Shown here one piece after another: positions 56,154 to 56,497 of a stretch of DNA of 56,497 bases. Positions within the stretch are counted from its first letter, which is position 1, and each line of letters begins with the position of its first letter. The stretch spans positions 1-56,497 of the IMG/VR virus record IMGVR_UViG_3300024517_000001. One strand, given 5' to 3'. The translations under genes were made by a program, and so were the position numbers. This DNA comes from a virus. Taxonomy: Duplodnaviria; Caudoviricetes. The notes under the pieces are model-generated. The model was given only the letters and a program-made list of their open reading frames with translations. It did not search any database and was not told where the DNA came from.

Positions 56154-56182
56154 TAATTACATCCTCTGGATGATTTTGTCAA
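56154..56182 (-). promoter_or_regulatory. candidate early sigma70 promoter (TTGACA-N17-TAATTA)
   Basis: consensus -35, weak -10, points into the early arm. Confidence 0.45.
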
Positions 56183-56230
56183 CCTTCCCCTAAACTTCGT
56201 TTAAACTTAGCCAATCCAACTACTAAACTA

Positions 56231-56271
56231 GGATCTCTCTAAGTTCAGTAAGAACTTCCTTAGAGAGATCC
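56231..56271. repeat. degenerate hairpin element copy 11
   Basis: GGATCTCTCTAAG-ttcagtaagaacttc-CTTAGAGAGATCC. Confidence 0.6.
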
Positions 56272-56462
56272 GTTTAAACCCCCAGAAATCAGGGGAATTT
56301 CCTCGTAATGTGCAGGTAGGGGGGGGAAAGATTCGTGTGCGCCTATATATATATAAAACAGACCTCTCAAAAAGTTTCAAAAATCTACGGCCTATTCATC
56401 AAATAGAAAATAAAATAATATAGTGATATATATAGCACATGTCGGGATACTTAAGTATAATT

Positions 56463-56497
56463 ACAGGTACTTACACAGGTACTTACACAGGTACTTA
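56463..56497. repeat. 12-bp tandem repeat, identical to 1-35
   Basis: direct reading. Confidence 0.95.

Noticed and set aside
55975-56462. tRNA or other known RNA gene in the long non-coding region
   Set aside because: No cloverleaf with T-loop and acceptor stem found by eye

Overview
The window looks like an essentially complete, AT-rich, lytic podovirus-type phage genome; the first 35 nt equal the last 35 nt and lie in a 12-bp tandem repeat. It has two convergent arms. The + arm (104-30912) carries terminase, portal, GroES, scaffold, capsid, Lys-rich proteins, tail/ejection proteins and an M15A endolysin. The - arm (30913-55896) carries many small early genes, T7-like primase-helicase, Tyr762-type PolA, SSB, exonuclease, class II RNR, Hsp20, a glycosyl/methyltransferase cluster, IscA, holin and TerS. 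I recognised no integrase, RNA polymerase, tRNA or CRISPR array. A marine (alpha)proteobacterial host is an inference only. The most unusual signal is non-coding: 10 clear copies plus 1 degenerate copy of a ~52-55 bp co-oriented hairpin element between genes of the early/middle arm. Its ~20-bp stems vary in sequence but stay complementary, usually have a TTAATTAA base, and carry a conserved GT(T)ACGTAAGTACT cap whose core recurs in the terminal tandem repeat. Beside these are covarying H-type pseudoknot leaders, a ROSE-like thermometer on hsp20, unannotated ArfA-like and metallothionein-like small ORFs, and apparent CCWGG avoidance. All product calls are motif recognition by eye, not database searches.
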